A DNA stretch of 64,000 bases from Patescibacteria group bacterium. GTDB lineage: Bacteria > Patescibacteriota > Patescibacteriia > JAHJFT01. Positions within the stretch are counted from its first letter, which is position 1; each line of letters begins with the position of its first letter. Positions 17,997 through 28,602 of the stretch are shown here, piece by piece. The position numbers were made by a program, and so were the translations under genes. The notes under the pieces were generated by a model that saw only the letters and a list, made by a program, of their open reading frames with translations, was not told the origin of the DNA and searched no databases. Location of the stretch: the NCBI GenBank assembly GCA_028710985.1, contig JAQTTB010000002.1:86750-150749 (forward strand), read 5' to 3'.

Positions 17997-18358
17997 ATAT
18001 TTAACAGAATAATTAGTACCAGCGCCACGGCAAGTCCGATGCTCAAGATAAAATTCGCAGCGGCGGCAAAATAACTAAGTACCTTTTCCTTTTTATAAAA
18101 AATCGCGGCTAGAACGCAATTTACGATAAAGAAAACCGTTCCCGCACCCGGAATCGCAAAAATCTTATACCAGGCTCCGATTAAATCAATGCCAAAATAT
18201 ATATTGTAGTGAAGTGGCAAAAATGCGCCCTCTCCGGAGAGTGGCGCGATTTTTACGGTTGCCAGAATCCAAAGCGCGAACAGCAAAACCGCGCTGAAAA
18301 TAGTCACAATCCGGATAAACTGATCCCGCCAAAATATTAATATAATAAGCGATTTCAT
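17993..18358 (-). CDS. conserved CPR-type membrane protein
   Basis: three TMs, PLHYNIYFGIDLIG.W motif. Confidence 0.65.
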   Translation of the reverse strand: MKSLIILIFWRDQFIRIVTIFSAVLLFALWILATVKIAPLSGEGAFLPLHYNIYFGIDLIGAWYKIFAIPGAGTVFFIVNCVLAAIFYKKEKVLSYFAAAANFILSIGLAVALVLIILLNI

Positions 18359-18379
18359 GTATTTTTTAGTTACCGGGAC

Positions 18380-18408
18380 TTGACGCCCCCGCCGCATTCG
18401 TGTATAAT
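18380..18408 (+). promoter_or_regulatory. sigma70 promoter of rpmA
   Basis: TTGACG-17-TATAAT. Confidence 0.7.
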
Positions 18409-18444
18409 ATTCGCAAACTTAAATTATCATCCTATTACTTAAAT

Positions 18445-18729
18445 ATGGCACATAAAAAAGCGGGTGGTTCCACTCATTTGGGCCGCGATTCGCAGTCCAA
18501 ACGCCTCGGAGTTAAACTTTACGACGGAGAGTGGGCTAACGCCGGATCAATTCTTGTCCGCCAGCGCGGCACTACCGTGCACCCCGGTAAAAATGTAAAG
18601 CGCACCGGTGATGATACCCTCATCGCCCTTCGCGCCGGAAAAGTGAAATTTTCCGCCCGGAAAAAAAGCCGATTCAACGGCGCGCTCAAACTCACAAGAT
18701 TCATCAGCGTCATCCCAGAAAAAGCGTAA
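18445..18729 (+). CDS. rpmA: 50S ribosomal protein L27
   Basis: MAHKKAGGS...[12 protein letters not shown]...RQRGT. Confidence 0.97.
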   Translation: MAHKKAGGSTHLGRDSQSKRLGVKLYDGEWANAGSILVRQRGTTVHPGKNVKRTGDDTLIALRAGKVKFSARKKSRFNGALKLTRFISVIPEKA

Positions 18730-18774
18730 AATATCAGAAATTTCCGGTATGGCCACGGCCAACCGGAAATTTTT

Positions 18775-20397
18775 TTATTTCTTACGAATTGCCGCGGCGA
18801 TAAATTCGCGGAAAAGCGGATGTGGCGTGAGCGGGCGCGATTTGAATTCCGGATGAAACTGGACGGCCACAAAAAACGGATGGTTTGGCACTTCGACAAT
18901 CTCCACAAGGCGACGGTCTGGCGACCGGCCGGCGAGCATCATTCCCTTCTCGGTCAATATATCGCGGTAGGCATTATTAAATTCGTAGCGGTGGCGGTGC
19001 CTTTCGGAGATATTCTTTAAACCATATGCCTTGCGGCTCAATGAATCGGGATGAAGCACGCACGGATACGCGCCGAGCCGCATCGTGCCGCCGTAATCGC
19101 CTTTTTCAAGTTTGGTCTTCTGTTCATCCATGATGTGAATTACCGGATGTTCGGTCTTGGGATTTATTTCTGTCGTATTCGCGCCGGCAAGTCCCGCGAC
19201 ATTGCGGGCGTACTCAATAACCGCGCACTGCATGCCGTAGCAAAGCCCAAAGTAAGGAATCTTATTCTCGCGCGCGTATTTGATTGCCGCGATTTTCCCC
19301 TCCACGCCGCGCGAACCAAATCCCCCCGGAATGATAATGCCGTCAAGATCGGAAAGGGTTTTGAGTTTAGACGGGTCCTGCTCAAACTCTTCGGAATTCA
19401 TCCAGACGATTTCCGGCTTGCGCGAATGATACCAGGCCGCATGCTTGATTGCTTCAAGAACCGAAATGTAAGCGTCGGTCAGGACAAAATTGCCGGTGCT
19501 GAAATATTTTCCAATCACCCCGACTCGCACCGGATTGTCCGCGGTCTTTATGATCTTCACTAGCTTTGTCCAATTTTTCGCCGGCTTCCTCCGCGCCTTA
19601 AGACCGAATTTTGAAAGAATGCGCCGCGCCAGGTTCTGCGACTCAAAAATCATGGGAACTTCGTAAACCGTATCCGCGTCCGGAGCGGAGATAATATCCT
19701 CTTTCTGGACATTGCAAAAAATTGATATTTTTCTCTTGCGCGGATCGTCAAGCGGCCGCGAACTGCGCGCGATGATAATATCCGGATTGATGCCCGCGGA
19801 ATTAAGAGTGCGCGCCGCGTACTGTGTTGGTTTCGTTTTCATTTCCCCGATCTTATCCGGAATCGGCAAATAACTCACGAGCACAAAAAGCACATCCTTG
19901 GGATTGGCAAGGTGCATCATGCGGGCCGCTTCCAAGAAGAGTATGTTCTGGTATTCTCCGACGGTTCCGCCGATTTCAATCATCGTTATATCCGCACTGG
20001 CGCGCCTGGCGGCGCGTTTTATCCGTTTGATAATCTCCTCTGGCACATGCGGTACAACCTCAACGCACCGCCCGCCGTACTCAAGATTCCGTTCTTTCTC
20101 AATCACAGTCTTGTAAACGCGGCCGGTGGTCATATAGTTATCCTTGTAGATATTCGTATCTAAAAATCTTTCGTAAGTCCCGATGTCCTGGTCGGTTTCG
20201 TCGCCGTCTTCGGTTACGAAAACTTCTCCATGTTCAACCGGATTCATTGTACCAGCATCAACATTTATATACGGATCGATTTTGATTGCCGTAACATTGA
20301 ATCCCTTGTCCAGGAGAATTTTGCCGATCGAAGCCGAGGCGGTCCCCTTTCCCACGCCCGACATTACGCCGCCGACCACAAAGATAAATTTTGACAT
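18775..20397 (-). CDS. pyrG: CTP synthase
   Basis: GGVMSGVGKG, KIDPYIN, PGGFG.RG, GLCYGMQ, ERHRHRYE, QFHPEF. Confidence 0.97.
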   Translation of the reverse strand: MSKFIFVVGGVMSGVGKGTASASIGKILLDKGFNVTAIKIDPYINVDAGTMNPVEHGEVFVTEDGDETDQDIGTYERFLDTNIYKDNYMTTGRVYKTVIEKERNLEYGGRCVEVVPHVPEEIIKRIKRAARRASADITMIEIGGTVGEYQNILFLEAARMMHLANPKDVLFVLVSYLPIPDKIGEMKTKPTQYAARTLNSAGINPDIIIARSSRPLDDPRKRKISIFCNVQKEDIISAPDADTVYEVPMIFESQNLARRILSKFGLKARRKPAKNWTKLVKIIKTADNPVRVGVIGKYFSTGNFVLTDAYISVLEAIKHAAWYHSRKPEIVWMNSEEFEQDPSKLKTLSDLDGIIIPGGFGSRGVEGKIAAIKYARENKIPYFGLCYGMQCAVIEYARNVAGLAGANTTEINPKTEHPVIHIMDEQKTKLEKGDYGGTMRLGAYPCVLHPDSLSRKAYGLKNISERHRHRYEFNNAYRDILTEKGMMLAGRSPDRRLVEIVEVPNHPFFVAVQFHPEFKSRPLTPHPLFREFIAAAIRKK

Positions 20398-20399
20398 AT

Positions 20400-20846
20400 T
20401 CAATCTTTGATAATTTTTAATTTTATAATTTCTTTTATGCCGTGGCCGAAATCAACCGTGGCCGTATAATCGCCGGTTTCTTTAATCGGCGCGTCGGTTT
20501 CAACCTGCGCCTCTCCAATTTCTGCGCCCGCCTGCCTCAGCGCCTCTTCAATGTCCTTGGGTTTCACGGCCGCATAAAGCTTACTGCTATCGCCAGCGGT
20601 TTTTGCCCGGATAGAAATCGTCATACCCTTGATTTTGCGGCTTGCGGTGCCGGCGCGGTCGGACTCGGATTGTTCGTGCCGCTGAACATGCTTCTTTTTC
20701 GCTTCAAGAGATGCGAGCGCCGCCGTGGTCGCCTGTTCGGCCAGACCCTTCACGAAAAGAAAATTTCTGGCGTAACCGTCGGCCACGTTTTTCACATCAC
20801 CGGCCTGAGCCACGCCGGGCACGTTCTTCAAAAAAATTACGTTCAT
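20400..20846 (-). CDS. rplI: 50S ribosomal protein L9
   Basis: [25 protein letters not shown]. Confidence 0.93.
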   Translation of the reverse strand: MNVIFLKNVPGVAQAGDVKNVADGYARNFLFVKGLAEQATTAALASLEAKKKHVQRHEQSESDRAGTASRKIKGMTISIRAKTAGDSSKLYAAVKPKDIEEALRQAGAEIGEAQVETDAPIKETGDYTATVDFGHGIKEIIKLKIIKD

Positions 20847-21271
20847 ATATTTTTCTGTTGATAAATTAGCTTCATCGCCCTCCGCATTATGGGTGTAAGA
20901 TTTTTATATGTTTTTATTCCGGCTAATTTTTCAATATCCACCCACTCGCACCCCTGTATTTCGTACTGCGGCGACGGTTCAGCGGTTTCGTCCAGGGACT
21001 GAATCAGAAAAAGATGCAAAGTTTTATGTATTTTTTCGCCGTCCTGCGTGAACCAGAATTTTGTCGTGCCTATTTTTTTAATTAATTTCAATTTTTCAAG
21101 ATTTACCTCTTCCGCGGTTTCACGCAGAGCCGCCTGCTCCACGGTCTCACCCCGCTCCACATGCCCTTTAGGAAAGGCGTAATTCCCGTACGAATCACTT
21201 ATCAATAAAACCTGGATCTTCCCGTCTTTATTCCGGAAAACAATCCCGCCGGCTGACACTTCGTTCCTCAT
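20843..21271 (-). CDS. NUDIX hydrolase (Ap4A hydrolase-like)
   Basis: [30 protein letters not shown] Nudix box. Confidence 0.9.
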   Translation of the reverse strand: MRNEVSAGGIVFRNKDGKIQVLLISDSYGNYAFPKGHVERGETVEQAALRETAEEVNLEKLKLIKKIGTTKFWFTQDGEKIHKTLHLFLIQSLDETAEPSPQYEIQGCEWVDIEKLAGIKTYKNLTPIMRRAMKLIYQQKNI

Positions 21272-21272
21272 A

Positions 21273-22493
21273 TTATTTTACGAGAACCTCTTTAATGATT
21301 TCCATGGCCTTATCCATCTGCGGATCCTCATCATTGTTGTAATTCTCATCCGTGAGTTCAACCTCATGGTCCGGGACAATGCCCTGCTCGTCGAATGATT
21401 CATGGTTTGGCGTCAACCACTCAGCAACAGTTATTTTTACTGCCGATCCGTCCTTCAGATTTTCCATCTCTTGAACCGAACCCTTGCCGAAACTCTGTTT
21501 TCCGACAAGCGTTGCCTTGCCATAATCCTTGAGCGCGCCGGCCAAAATTTCCGAACCCGAGGCGGTTCCTTGATTCATTAAAATCACGGTCGGAATATCC
21601 GCGAGTGCTCCCTGATTATTTCCATAGAACGGAGTTTCCACGCCCTTGCTGTCGCGTTCAATCGTAATAATTTGCGTTCCAATCCAATGGCTTGCCACAT
21701 CAACCGCACTCTCGAGGTAACCACCCGAATTCCCGCGTAAATCAAGGATAACGCCTTTTGCACCGGCTCCGGTTACATCGCCAACCGCCCGGTTGAAAAG
21801 ATCAACCGTATCTTCGGCAAAACTCATAAGCTCAATGTATGCGATGCCATCAGGAAGCATTTTCCACCGCACGCTCACCATATCAATTGCGCCGCGGGTA
21901 ATCCGCGTTTCAAACGGTTCTTCTGCGCCCTCTCGCCAGATCAAAAGAACCACATCGGTTCCAGCCGGCCCGCGAATTAAACTCACTGCTTTTTCCACCG
22001 ACATGCCGGTTGTATCCAGGGCGTCAATCGCCAAAATATTGTCGCCAATTTTGAGACCGGCGCGCTCCGCCGGGCTGTCGGGTAACGGCGATATGACTGT
22101 CAGCTGGTCGTGCCTTATGCCAATCTCGGCTCCGATTCCCTCAAACTTGCCCTCCAGGTCTTTTGTGAAATTTTCCGCATTTTCCGGAGTAAAAAATACG
22201 GTATACGGATTATCGAGTGCTGCCACCATTCCTTCAAGGGCGCCATAAAAAAGCCGGGTCTCGGAGACCGGCTGTTTATAATATTTATCTTTCACCATAT
22301 TCCAGACCTGCCAGAACATACGGAAATCCGCATTTTTTTCCAAATAAACCGGCTGTTCAACTTCCTTATTTATCACGTCACCGCTCCTCGATCCACCGGA
22401 AAAATGAGAGCCCAAAACAATTCCGCCGCTAAAAACAATGATCAGGGCTAATCCCGAAATAATTAACCTGATTTTTTTATTATCGGGTAACAT
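21273..22493 (-). CDS. S41 C-terminal processing protease (CtpA-like, PDZ)
   Basis: GIGAEIG PDZ, DLRGNSGG, TASGSEI, GKGSVQ. Confidence 0.92.
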   Translation of the reverse strand: MLPDNKKIRLIISGLALIIVFSGGIVLGSHFSGGSRSGDVINKEVEQPVYLEKNADFRMFWQVWNMVKDKYYKQPVSETRLFYGALEGMVAALDNPYTVFFTPENAENFTKDLEGKFEGIGAEIGIRHDQLTVISPLPDSPAERAGLKIGDNILAIDALDTTGMSVEKAVSLIRGPAGTDVVLLIWREGAEEPFETRITRGAIDMVSVRWKMLPDGIAYIELMSFAEDTVDLFNRAVGDVTGAGAKGVILDLRGNSGGYLESAVDVASHWIGTQIITIERDSKGVETPFYGNNQGALADIPTVILMNQGTASGSEILAGALKDYGKATLVGKQSFGKGSVQEMENLKDGSAVKITVAEWLTPNHESFDEQGIVPDHEVELTDENYNNDEDPQMDKAMEIIKEVLVK

Positions 22494-22664
22494 ACACTCC
22501 AATATTCTAGCAGTTTCTTTAATAAAAGTCAAAATATCCGCTAAACTAATCGGATGCTCTTTTCAAGCCAATTCTTGGCTCAACCCAGCTAAAATAAAAT
22601 CTACGACTGAAATCAAAAAGCCACCGTATCCCGCTCGCATCGGTGGCATTTTTTATTTTTGAAT

Positions 22665-23918
22665 CTATTCCCTTCGGATATCGGCGCCCAAACCGCGCAG
22701 CCGCTCGTCAATTGTCTCATAACCGCGATCAACTACTTCGGCCTCGTCGATAACTGTCTCGCCCTCGGCAATTAGTCCGGCAATAATAAGCGTCGCGCCG
22801 GCGCGTAAATCATAGCTTCGGATTTCGCGGCCATAGAGCGGCGTCGGCCCGGTGACGAGCACACGGTGCGGATCGCAGATCGTGGCGTTCGCGCCCATTT
22901 TTATAAGTTCATTGATATATCCCATGCGCCCTTCGTACAGCGGGTCATGAATCAATGTAGTGCCCGGGCACCGGGTTGCGAGTACTCCGAACGGCGCCTC
23001 GAGATCGGTCGGAAATCCGGGATATGGCAGACTCTGCAGTTTAAATGCCCGAAAATTTGTCGACGGCCTCACTTCAAGTACGTCCCCCTTAATCTCCGCC
23101 AAAACTCCCGCCTCTTTCAGCTTCAACATCACGATATCCAAATGCTCGGGAACAACCGGATGAATATTGATCTCTCCGGCCGTTACCGCGGCGGCAACCG
23201 CCCAAGTGCAAATTTCAATCTGATCCGGAATCAGCGCGTGCCGCGCTCCGCCAAGCTTCTTAACTCCTTCAATGACAAGGGTATGCGTTCCCCGTCCGGA
23301 AATTTTCGCGCCCATGGCGCAGAGAAAATCGATCAAATCCTGGACATGTGGCTCGGCCGCCGCAAGCTTTATCACGGTTTTTCCGTCGGCGAGCGACGCG
23401 GCCATTAGCGCATTCTCGGTCGCAGTAACTGAAAATTCGGGTAAAACAATTTCCGCACCGTGCAAGCCGCTGGCCCGAATCGTGAACTCGTCCCCGGCTG
23501 GTTCAACGCTCGCACCCAGCGCCGAGAGCGCATAAAAATGCGTATCCAACGGACGCTTGCCCAAAATACAGCCGCCCGGTTCAGAGATCGTTACTTCATT
23601 AAAACGCGCAAGCAGCGGTCCGAGTAATAGCACCGACGACCGCATACTTTTTACTTTTTTCTGATCAATCTTGCCGATACACGCATCTTTCCCGCAAATC
23701 GTAAGCTGGCGCCCGCTGGTCCACTCAGCGCGCGCACCCAGACTCTTCAAAATCTCAACCATCTTTATCACATCCGTAATCTGTGGTACATTGTCTATAA
23801 TGCATTCTTCGCTCGTAAGAAGCGTTGCTGCAAGTATTGGCGTCGCGGCATTTTTCATGCCATGCACCTCAATATCGCCGCGCAATCGCTCCCCCCCGCG
23901 AATTACAAATTTACTCAT
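22665..23918 (-). CDS. murA: UDP-GlcNAc 1-carboxyvinyltransferase
   Basis: GMKNAA, PGGCILGKRP, SVTATEN, PYPGFPTDL, DLRAGA. Confidence 0.95.
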   Translation of the reverse strand: MSKFVIRGGERLRGDIEVHGMKNAATPILAATLLTSEECIIDNVPQITDVIKMVEILKSLGARAEWTSGRQLTICGKDACIGKIDQKKVKSMRSSVLLLGPLLARFNEVTISEPGGCILGKRPLDTHFYALSALGASVEPAGDEFTIRASGLHGAEIVLPEFSVTATENALMAASLADGKTVIKLAAAEPHVQDLIDFLCAMGAKISGRGTHTLVIEGVKKLGGARHALIPDQIEICTWAVAAAVTAGEINIHPVVPEHLDIVMLKLKEAGVLAEIKGDVLEVRPSTNFRAFKLQSLPYPGFPTDLEAPFGVLATRCPGTTLIHDPLYEGRMGYINELIKMGANATICDPHRVLVTGPTPLYGREIRSYDLRAGATLIIAGLIAEGETVIDEAEVVDRGYETIDERLRGLGADIRRE

Positions 23919-23960
23919 ATTACATATACTTTATCTCAAATACCCAATTTTCGCAAGACT

Positions 23961-25319
23961 ATGAAGATATCCGCCAGATTATCAATTAAGATCATATTCG
24001 TACTTATTTTTTTGACTGTCGCCCCGCTGATTATCGCCTACACCATGGGCTATCGTTATAATTTCACCTCCGGTCAGATGCAGCATACCGGCGTACTCGT
24101 AATAAATTCTAACCCGACGGATGCGGAAATATTTATCAACGGCCAGCCCGAAAAACAGCGGACCCCGGCAATAATAAAAAAAATAAACCCCAACGAGTAT
24201 ACCGTTGAAATCAAAAAAACGAATTTTATTCCGTGGTCAAAAAAACTTACCGTAAACAGCGGCGAATCAACATTTGCCGACATGGTGACGCTTTTTATGG
24301 ATAGCGATCCGAGCCTGCTCATTGAAAGAAAAATTGCTAGTTCGTCGTTCTCGCCGGATCGTTCGAGCCTCATTTATGTAATTAAGGAATCGAGCTGGGC
24401 GGAAATCTGGATTTTTACGACAAAGCGGCGGGAATTCAGTCTGATTGAACGCCGCAATCTCGACGACTTCAATGACGCGTCAATTGTATGGGCCCCGGGG
24501 TCGTCGAAAATATTTTTTGAAATACAGAAGCCTGGCGGCAAAGAACAACTAATCTACGATGTTAGTGACGGCAGCATCGTCAACCTTTTACAATATCTTG
24601 AAAAACCGGCGGAAAGATTCTTCTGGTCCAAAACAAGCGATGACGTTTTTTACGTCGTGAATGACACGAATTTATCGGCTATAAATCTGCCCACCGGCCA
24701 GATAACCCCGCTCTTCTCCGGCTCGACTGAGTATTTTGTCCGCGGCGACAAAATATTTTCGATTATCAAAAATAACGGGAAAATAATTCTAAGCGTATCC
24801 GATATTAATAACCCGCTCGCCGGCAGTACCATCCTCTACGAACTGCCGCACGGAAACTACACGTTTGAGGACTCCGGTTTTCCCTACCTCATGCTCAAAA
24901 GAGACAACCGCGAACTTTTACTTTTCGACACCTCGGCTCCGTTTACCGAACCAATTTTGCAGGAGGAAGCCAGCGGTTATTCCTGGTACACCTCCAACCA
25001 GGGAGAGAAAAAACTTCTGTATTTTAAAGACTTTGAAATCTGGATTTTTTACCCCAAGAGTAAATATAATGAGTTGATAACGCGTTTTGCCAGTCAGATT
25101 AAAAACGCCAGCTGGCACCGCAATGGCGAATATATTTTCTTTGATTTCGGAGATGGGATAAAAGTTATTGAGCTGGATTCCCGCGAAAAAAGAAATATAT
25201 TTGATTTGGTTAACGAGGCAACCATTGCCGATTTTGCAGTTGATTACAATTCCGAAAATCTATATTTCATCGGAATCTGGCAAAATTCCCTGGGCCTACA
25301 CTACCTGCCTTTAATATAA
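23961..25319 (+). CDS. PEGA-domain membrane-anchored protein with beta-propeller-like C-terminus
   Basis: TM-GYR...TGVLVINSNPTDAEIFING. Confidence 0.75.
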   Translation: MKISARLSIKIIFVLIFLTVAPLIIAYTMGYRYNFTSGQMQHTGVLVINSNPTDAEIFINGQPEKQRTPAIIKKINPNEYTVEIKKTNFIPWSKKLTVNSGESTFADMVTLFMDSDPSLLIERKIASSSFSPDRSSLIYVIKESSWAEIWIFTTKRREFSLIERRNLDDFNDASIVWAPGSSKIFFEIQKPGGKEQLIYDVSDGSIVNLLQYLEKPAERFFWSKTSDDVFYVVNDTNLSAINLPTGQITPLFSGSTEYFVRGDKIFSIIKNNGKIILSVSDINNPLAGSTILYELPHGNYTFEDSGFPYLMLKRDNRELLLFDTSAPFTEPILQEEASGYSWYTSNQGEKKLLYFKDFEIWIFYPKSKYNELITRFASQIKNASWHRNGEYIFFDFGDGIKVIELDSREKRNIFDLVNEATIADFAVDYNSENLYFIGIWQNSLGLHYLPLI

Positions 25320-25355
25320 AAAAATCGCCCTGAGTTTAGCAAAGGACGATTTTTT

Positions 25356-26084
25356 TTATTTTCCTGCACCGTTTTCTTTCTCTCGGAGAAAATTACCCGC
25401 GTCCAGTAGTGAATCAAATGTTCCGGCATCGAACCACTTACCCTCCACTCGCCGCACATCCAATTCACCAAGATCCAGATACCGCCGGTGAAGGTCCACT
25501 ATTTCAATTTCGCCGCGCGCCGACGGCTTTACTCCTTTGGCAAAATCGACTACTCGGTTATCGAAAATATACAAACCCGGAATCGCAAACCGGCTCTTGG
25601 GTACTTTTGGTTTTTCCTCGATGGAAATTACTTTATTATTCTCATCGAATTCAACCACGCCGAAACGTTCCGGATCCGGGACTTCAATAGCAAAGATTCT
25701 CCCACCCCTCTCAAATGTTCTGATATCCTCCGAAAAATCATGTTCAAAAATATTGTCGCCTAAAATCATGGCCACACTCTCATCGCCGATAAAATTCTCA
25801 CCCACGATAAACGCGTCCGCCAAACCGCGCGGCGAATCCTGAATTTCGTAGCTGAATTTCACGTCCGGACCGAATTCCCGGCCCGAGCCGAGCAGATGAA
25901 GAAAATGTCCGGCGTACTCCGGCGCGATGATGAGCAAAATTTCCTTAATGCCGGCGTTCAAAAGAGTCGTAAGCGGATAATAAATCATGGGCTTGTTATA
26001 AACCGGCAATAATTGCTTTGATGTCATTTTCGTGAGCGGCCGCAACCTGGTCGCGTGTCCGCCCGCCAAGATTATTCCCTTCAT
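25356..26084 (-). CDS. rmlA: glucose-1-phosphate thymidylyltransferase (short RmlA)
   Basis: GIILAGG.ATRL.PLT...SKQLLPVY.KPMI, PSARGE.EI, WFDAGT. Confidence 0.92.
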   Translation of the reverse strand: MKGIILAGGHATRLRPLTKMTSKQLLPVYNKPMIYYPLTTLLNAGIKEILLIIAPEYAGHFLHLLGSGREFGPDVKFSYEIQDSPRGLADAFIVGENFIGDESVAMILGDNIFEHDFSEDIRTFERGGRIFAIEVPDPERFGVVEFDENNKVISIEEKPKVPKSRFAIPGLYIFDNRVVDFAKGVKPSARGEIEIVDLHRRYLDLGELDVRRVEGKWFDAGTFDSLLDAGNFLREKENGAGK

Positions 26085-26160
26085 AGCTTGTAGCTTTTAG
26101 CTTGTAGCTTGTGGGCGATAAAATAATTCCTACAAGCTACAAGCTAATTCCTAAAAGCTC
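26085..26160. repeat. inverted heptamer repeats (AGCTTGT / ACAAGCT)
   Basis: agcttgt agctttt agcttgt ... ctacaag ctacaag; related tract at 60432-60486. Confidence 0.7.
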
Positions 26161-26990
26161 GCCAGATATTCCCACAATGCCTCCTGCCATGTCCGCGCTT
26201 CCGGCAGTTTGGTATTCAGGAGCACGGAAAACGCCGGACGCGCCGCCGGCCGGGGAAACTTTCCGGCGGGCACGGGATTTAATTTTATATCAATCCCTTT
26301 TGTTTTAAAAATCGCTTCCGCGAAACCATACCAGGTGCAACTGCCGCGGTTCGCGCCGTGATAAATGCCAAACCCTTTTTTTCCGTCAATGATTTCCCGG
26401 GTTCGCTTTGCCAAATCCGGCGCATAGGTCGGCGATGACACTTCTTCGTCAATCAAATCCAGTTCACTCTTAGTTTGCGCGAGTTCAAGCATTTTGTCAA
26501 CAAAACTTTTTTTGGCGCCTTCGCCCGCCGCCGCCCTGCCAAAAAGCCGCGAAAGGCGGATAAGATAAAATTTGGTGCAATATTTCGCGAGCTCCAGCTC
26601 GCCCAGATATTTGCTCGTCGCGTAGACCGACTGCGGATCCGGCCGATCGTCTTCGCCATACCCCTCTTTATTGTCGCCGCGGAAAACATAATCCGTGGAG
26701 TAATGAACCATGATCGCGCCCAGTGCCTCGGCCGCTTCAGCTAAATAACACGGCGCCCGTCCGTTGATTAAATCCGCGATTTCCTTATTCTTTTCCGCTC
26801 CGTCCACGTCATTATAAGCCGCGGCATTAATAATTACATCCGGTTTGGCGCCGCGTATCTTTGCCTGAATTTCATCTTTATTTGCAATATCGCAATCCTC
26901 CCGGTCCCAGGCGATTACTTCATGATCGCCAAAAATCTGAACCAATTCCTGCCCAAGCATGCCCTTGGCGCCGATAATTAATACTTTCAT
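26151..26990 (-). CDS. rmlD: dTDP-4-dehydrorhamnose reductase
   Basis: GAKGMLG, NAAAY, STDYVF, Y..SK, SPTY, A.RP.FSVL. Confidence 0.93.
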   Translation of the reverse strand: MKVLIIGAKGMLGQELVQIFGDHEVIAWDREDCDIANKDEIQAKIRGAKPDVIINAAAYNDVDGAEKNKEIADLINGRAPCYLAEAAEALGAIMVHYSTDYVFRGDNKEGYGEDDRPDPQSVYATSKYLGELELAKYCTKFYLIRLSRLFGRAAAGEGAKKSFVDKMLELAQTKSELDLIDEEVSSPTYAPDLAKRTREIIDGKKGFGIYHGANRGSCTWYGFAEAIFKTKGIDIKLNPVPAGKFPRPAARPAFSVLLNTKLPEARTWQEALWEYLASF

Positions 26991-27072
26991 ATAACGAAAT
27001 TTTAATCGAATTTTGCTTAATTGTCAATAAAAAAAAAGACGGCGCGCTAGGTGCGTGCCGCCAGGGTCGCTC

Positions 27073-28329
27073 TCACGGGATGTGAGAGTAGCTTACGATC
27101 TCGTCGTCGCCGTCGGTCCCGTCATCCGGAGCAGTCCACGACTCGTGCGGCGAAAGAATATCATCGATATTTCCGATGCCCGGAAGCTCGAGATAATCGG
27201 GGAAGTGCATATCCAGCGCGCCCAGAGTCATTTCGGACCAGATCAGGTAGCGCTGCTCCATGCACCAGAAAGCGTTCAGCCACTTCCCTCGCGTCTGGCT
27301 GTCGAGCTCCATGAACCGCTTTCCGAGCAGTGCTGCCGCTTGCCGGCCGAGCTCGGTCGGCTCGATGTTGTGGCCAAGGAAGTCCGCGAATCTTCCGTAC
27401 GCCATTTCGTCCATGCAGTCATCGGCGCGAACGGCGGTTCTTGTGAACGTGCTCTCGATGATGTCATTGAGGTCGCGGGCCATGGCATCGCGCCGGCTCA
27501 CCATCGCGAGGTTTGTCTGTAAATCCGCGAACATCTTGAGATGCTCGAGCATGGTCCGCGCTCCGCCGGCCGCCTTGATCTCCTCGGCCGTACGGATAAT
27601 TGGCCGCATGTGGTCCGCGAAATTCACCCCGTAGAAACTCTTGCCGTCAAAGTCCTCGTGATCGTGGCTGAGCGTCAGGAAATGCCGGGCCGGAAAGCAC
27701 GGACCGCTGCAATCCAGCCGGTCGATCCAAATCGGAATCCAGACCGCGAGAATCGGCTTGCCGTTCTCGTAGAGATCCACGTATGGCTCGAGCACGCGCG
27801 GCCGGCCGTCCTGGCCCTTGACCTCGAACGGCTTGAGATAGTGGGTGTGCGCCGCTACGGCGTACTGGACCAGGATCTGCTCGGCGTCGTTGAGGTCAAC
27901 GCGGTTGTCCGCGAAAACCTCGTGCAGCAGAATGGCGATGGCTTCGGCGTGCCGGATGACGCGCTTGCTCTCGCTGTAGCGCGGAACCACGGCGCATCCC
28001 GCGTCGTGCAATACGCCGGCGATGAAGCCGATGAAGATGTCCCGGGGATCAGCTGCGAGATCCTTGAGCATGACCAGGCCGTTCGCGTAATCGCGCACGA
28101 TGTGGCCGATGCCGTGGCCCGGCTCAATCTGCCGTAGATCCAGTCCGGCGTCCGCGAGCGCCCACAGAATTGCCTTGACTACGTAGATGCCGCGCTCGAG
28201 CGCCAGGTCGCGGCTCTTTACCACCACGCTCCCAAAGAGAGCCGGAGAAAATTCCCGCCGCATTTCACGAATAATTTCCTCGGCCGCGATTTCATCATCC
28301 AAAAGCGCCCCTGTCCTGGAAAGATCCAT
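27073..28329 (-). CDS. HD-superfamily metal-dependent hydrolase, GC-rich orphan
   Basis: GHGIGH...LHDAG...HAE...AHTH...DRLD; SD AAGGAGG before ATG 28329. Confidence 0.7.
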   Translation of the reverse strand: MDLSRTGALLDDEIAAEEIIREMRREFSPALFGSVVVKSRDLALERGIYVVKAILWALADAGLDLRQIEPGHGIGHIVRDYANGLVMLKDLAADPRDIFIGFIAGVLHDAGCAVVPRYSESKRVIRHAEAIAILLHEVFADNRVDLNDAEQILVQYAVAAHTHYLKPFEVKGQDGRPRVLEPYVDLYENGKPILAVWIPIWIDRLDCSGPCFPARHFLTLSHDHEDFDGKSFYGVNFADHMRPIIRTAEEIKAAGGARTMLEHLKMFADLQTNLAMVSRRDAMARDLNDIIESTFTRTAVRADDCMDEMAYGRFADFLGHNIEPTELGRQAAALLGKRFMELDSQTRGKWLNAFWCMEQRYLIWSEMTLGALDMHFPDYLELPGIGNIDDILSPHESWTAPDDGTDGDDEIVSYSHIP

Positions 28330-28364
28330 CTTATCCTCCTTTACTGCCTCTTGGCAGTTAGAAT

Positions 28365-28393
28365 AACCTACCACCCTAAATTCCCGCTGTCAA
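28365..28393 (-). promoter_or_regulatory. sigma70 promoter of HD gene
   Basis: TTGACA-17-TAGGTT on minus strand. Confidence 0.6.
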
Positions 28394-28467
28394 GATGTTG
28401 GATTAACAAAAATCAGCCGGATGGCTGAAATCAGAAAAACTCTCCCTTGCCGCCCTTGCGGTATCCT

Positions 28468-28575
28468 CTACCTTCTGTCTGAGTATTGTTCTTCGTAATA
28501 CTTCTGATAATTTCCGCTCATCACATTGCGCCACCACGGCTCGTTCTCCAGATTCAAATCTACCGTACTTTTACA
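28468..28575 (-). pseudogene. relic 3' end of a second rmlB
   Basis: translates STVDLNLENEPWWRNVMSGNYQKYYEEQYSDRR*, resembling RmlB C-termini. Confidence 0.65.
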
Positions 28576-28602
28576 AAAATCCGACTTCTGTGGCGCAACC
28601 TC

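Noticed and set aside
22540-22660. Riboswitch in the murA-ctpA intergenic region
   Set aside because: Only a single terminator-like hairpin is evident; no aptamer consensus recognised.
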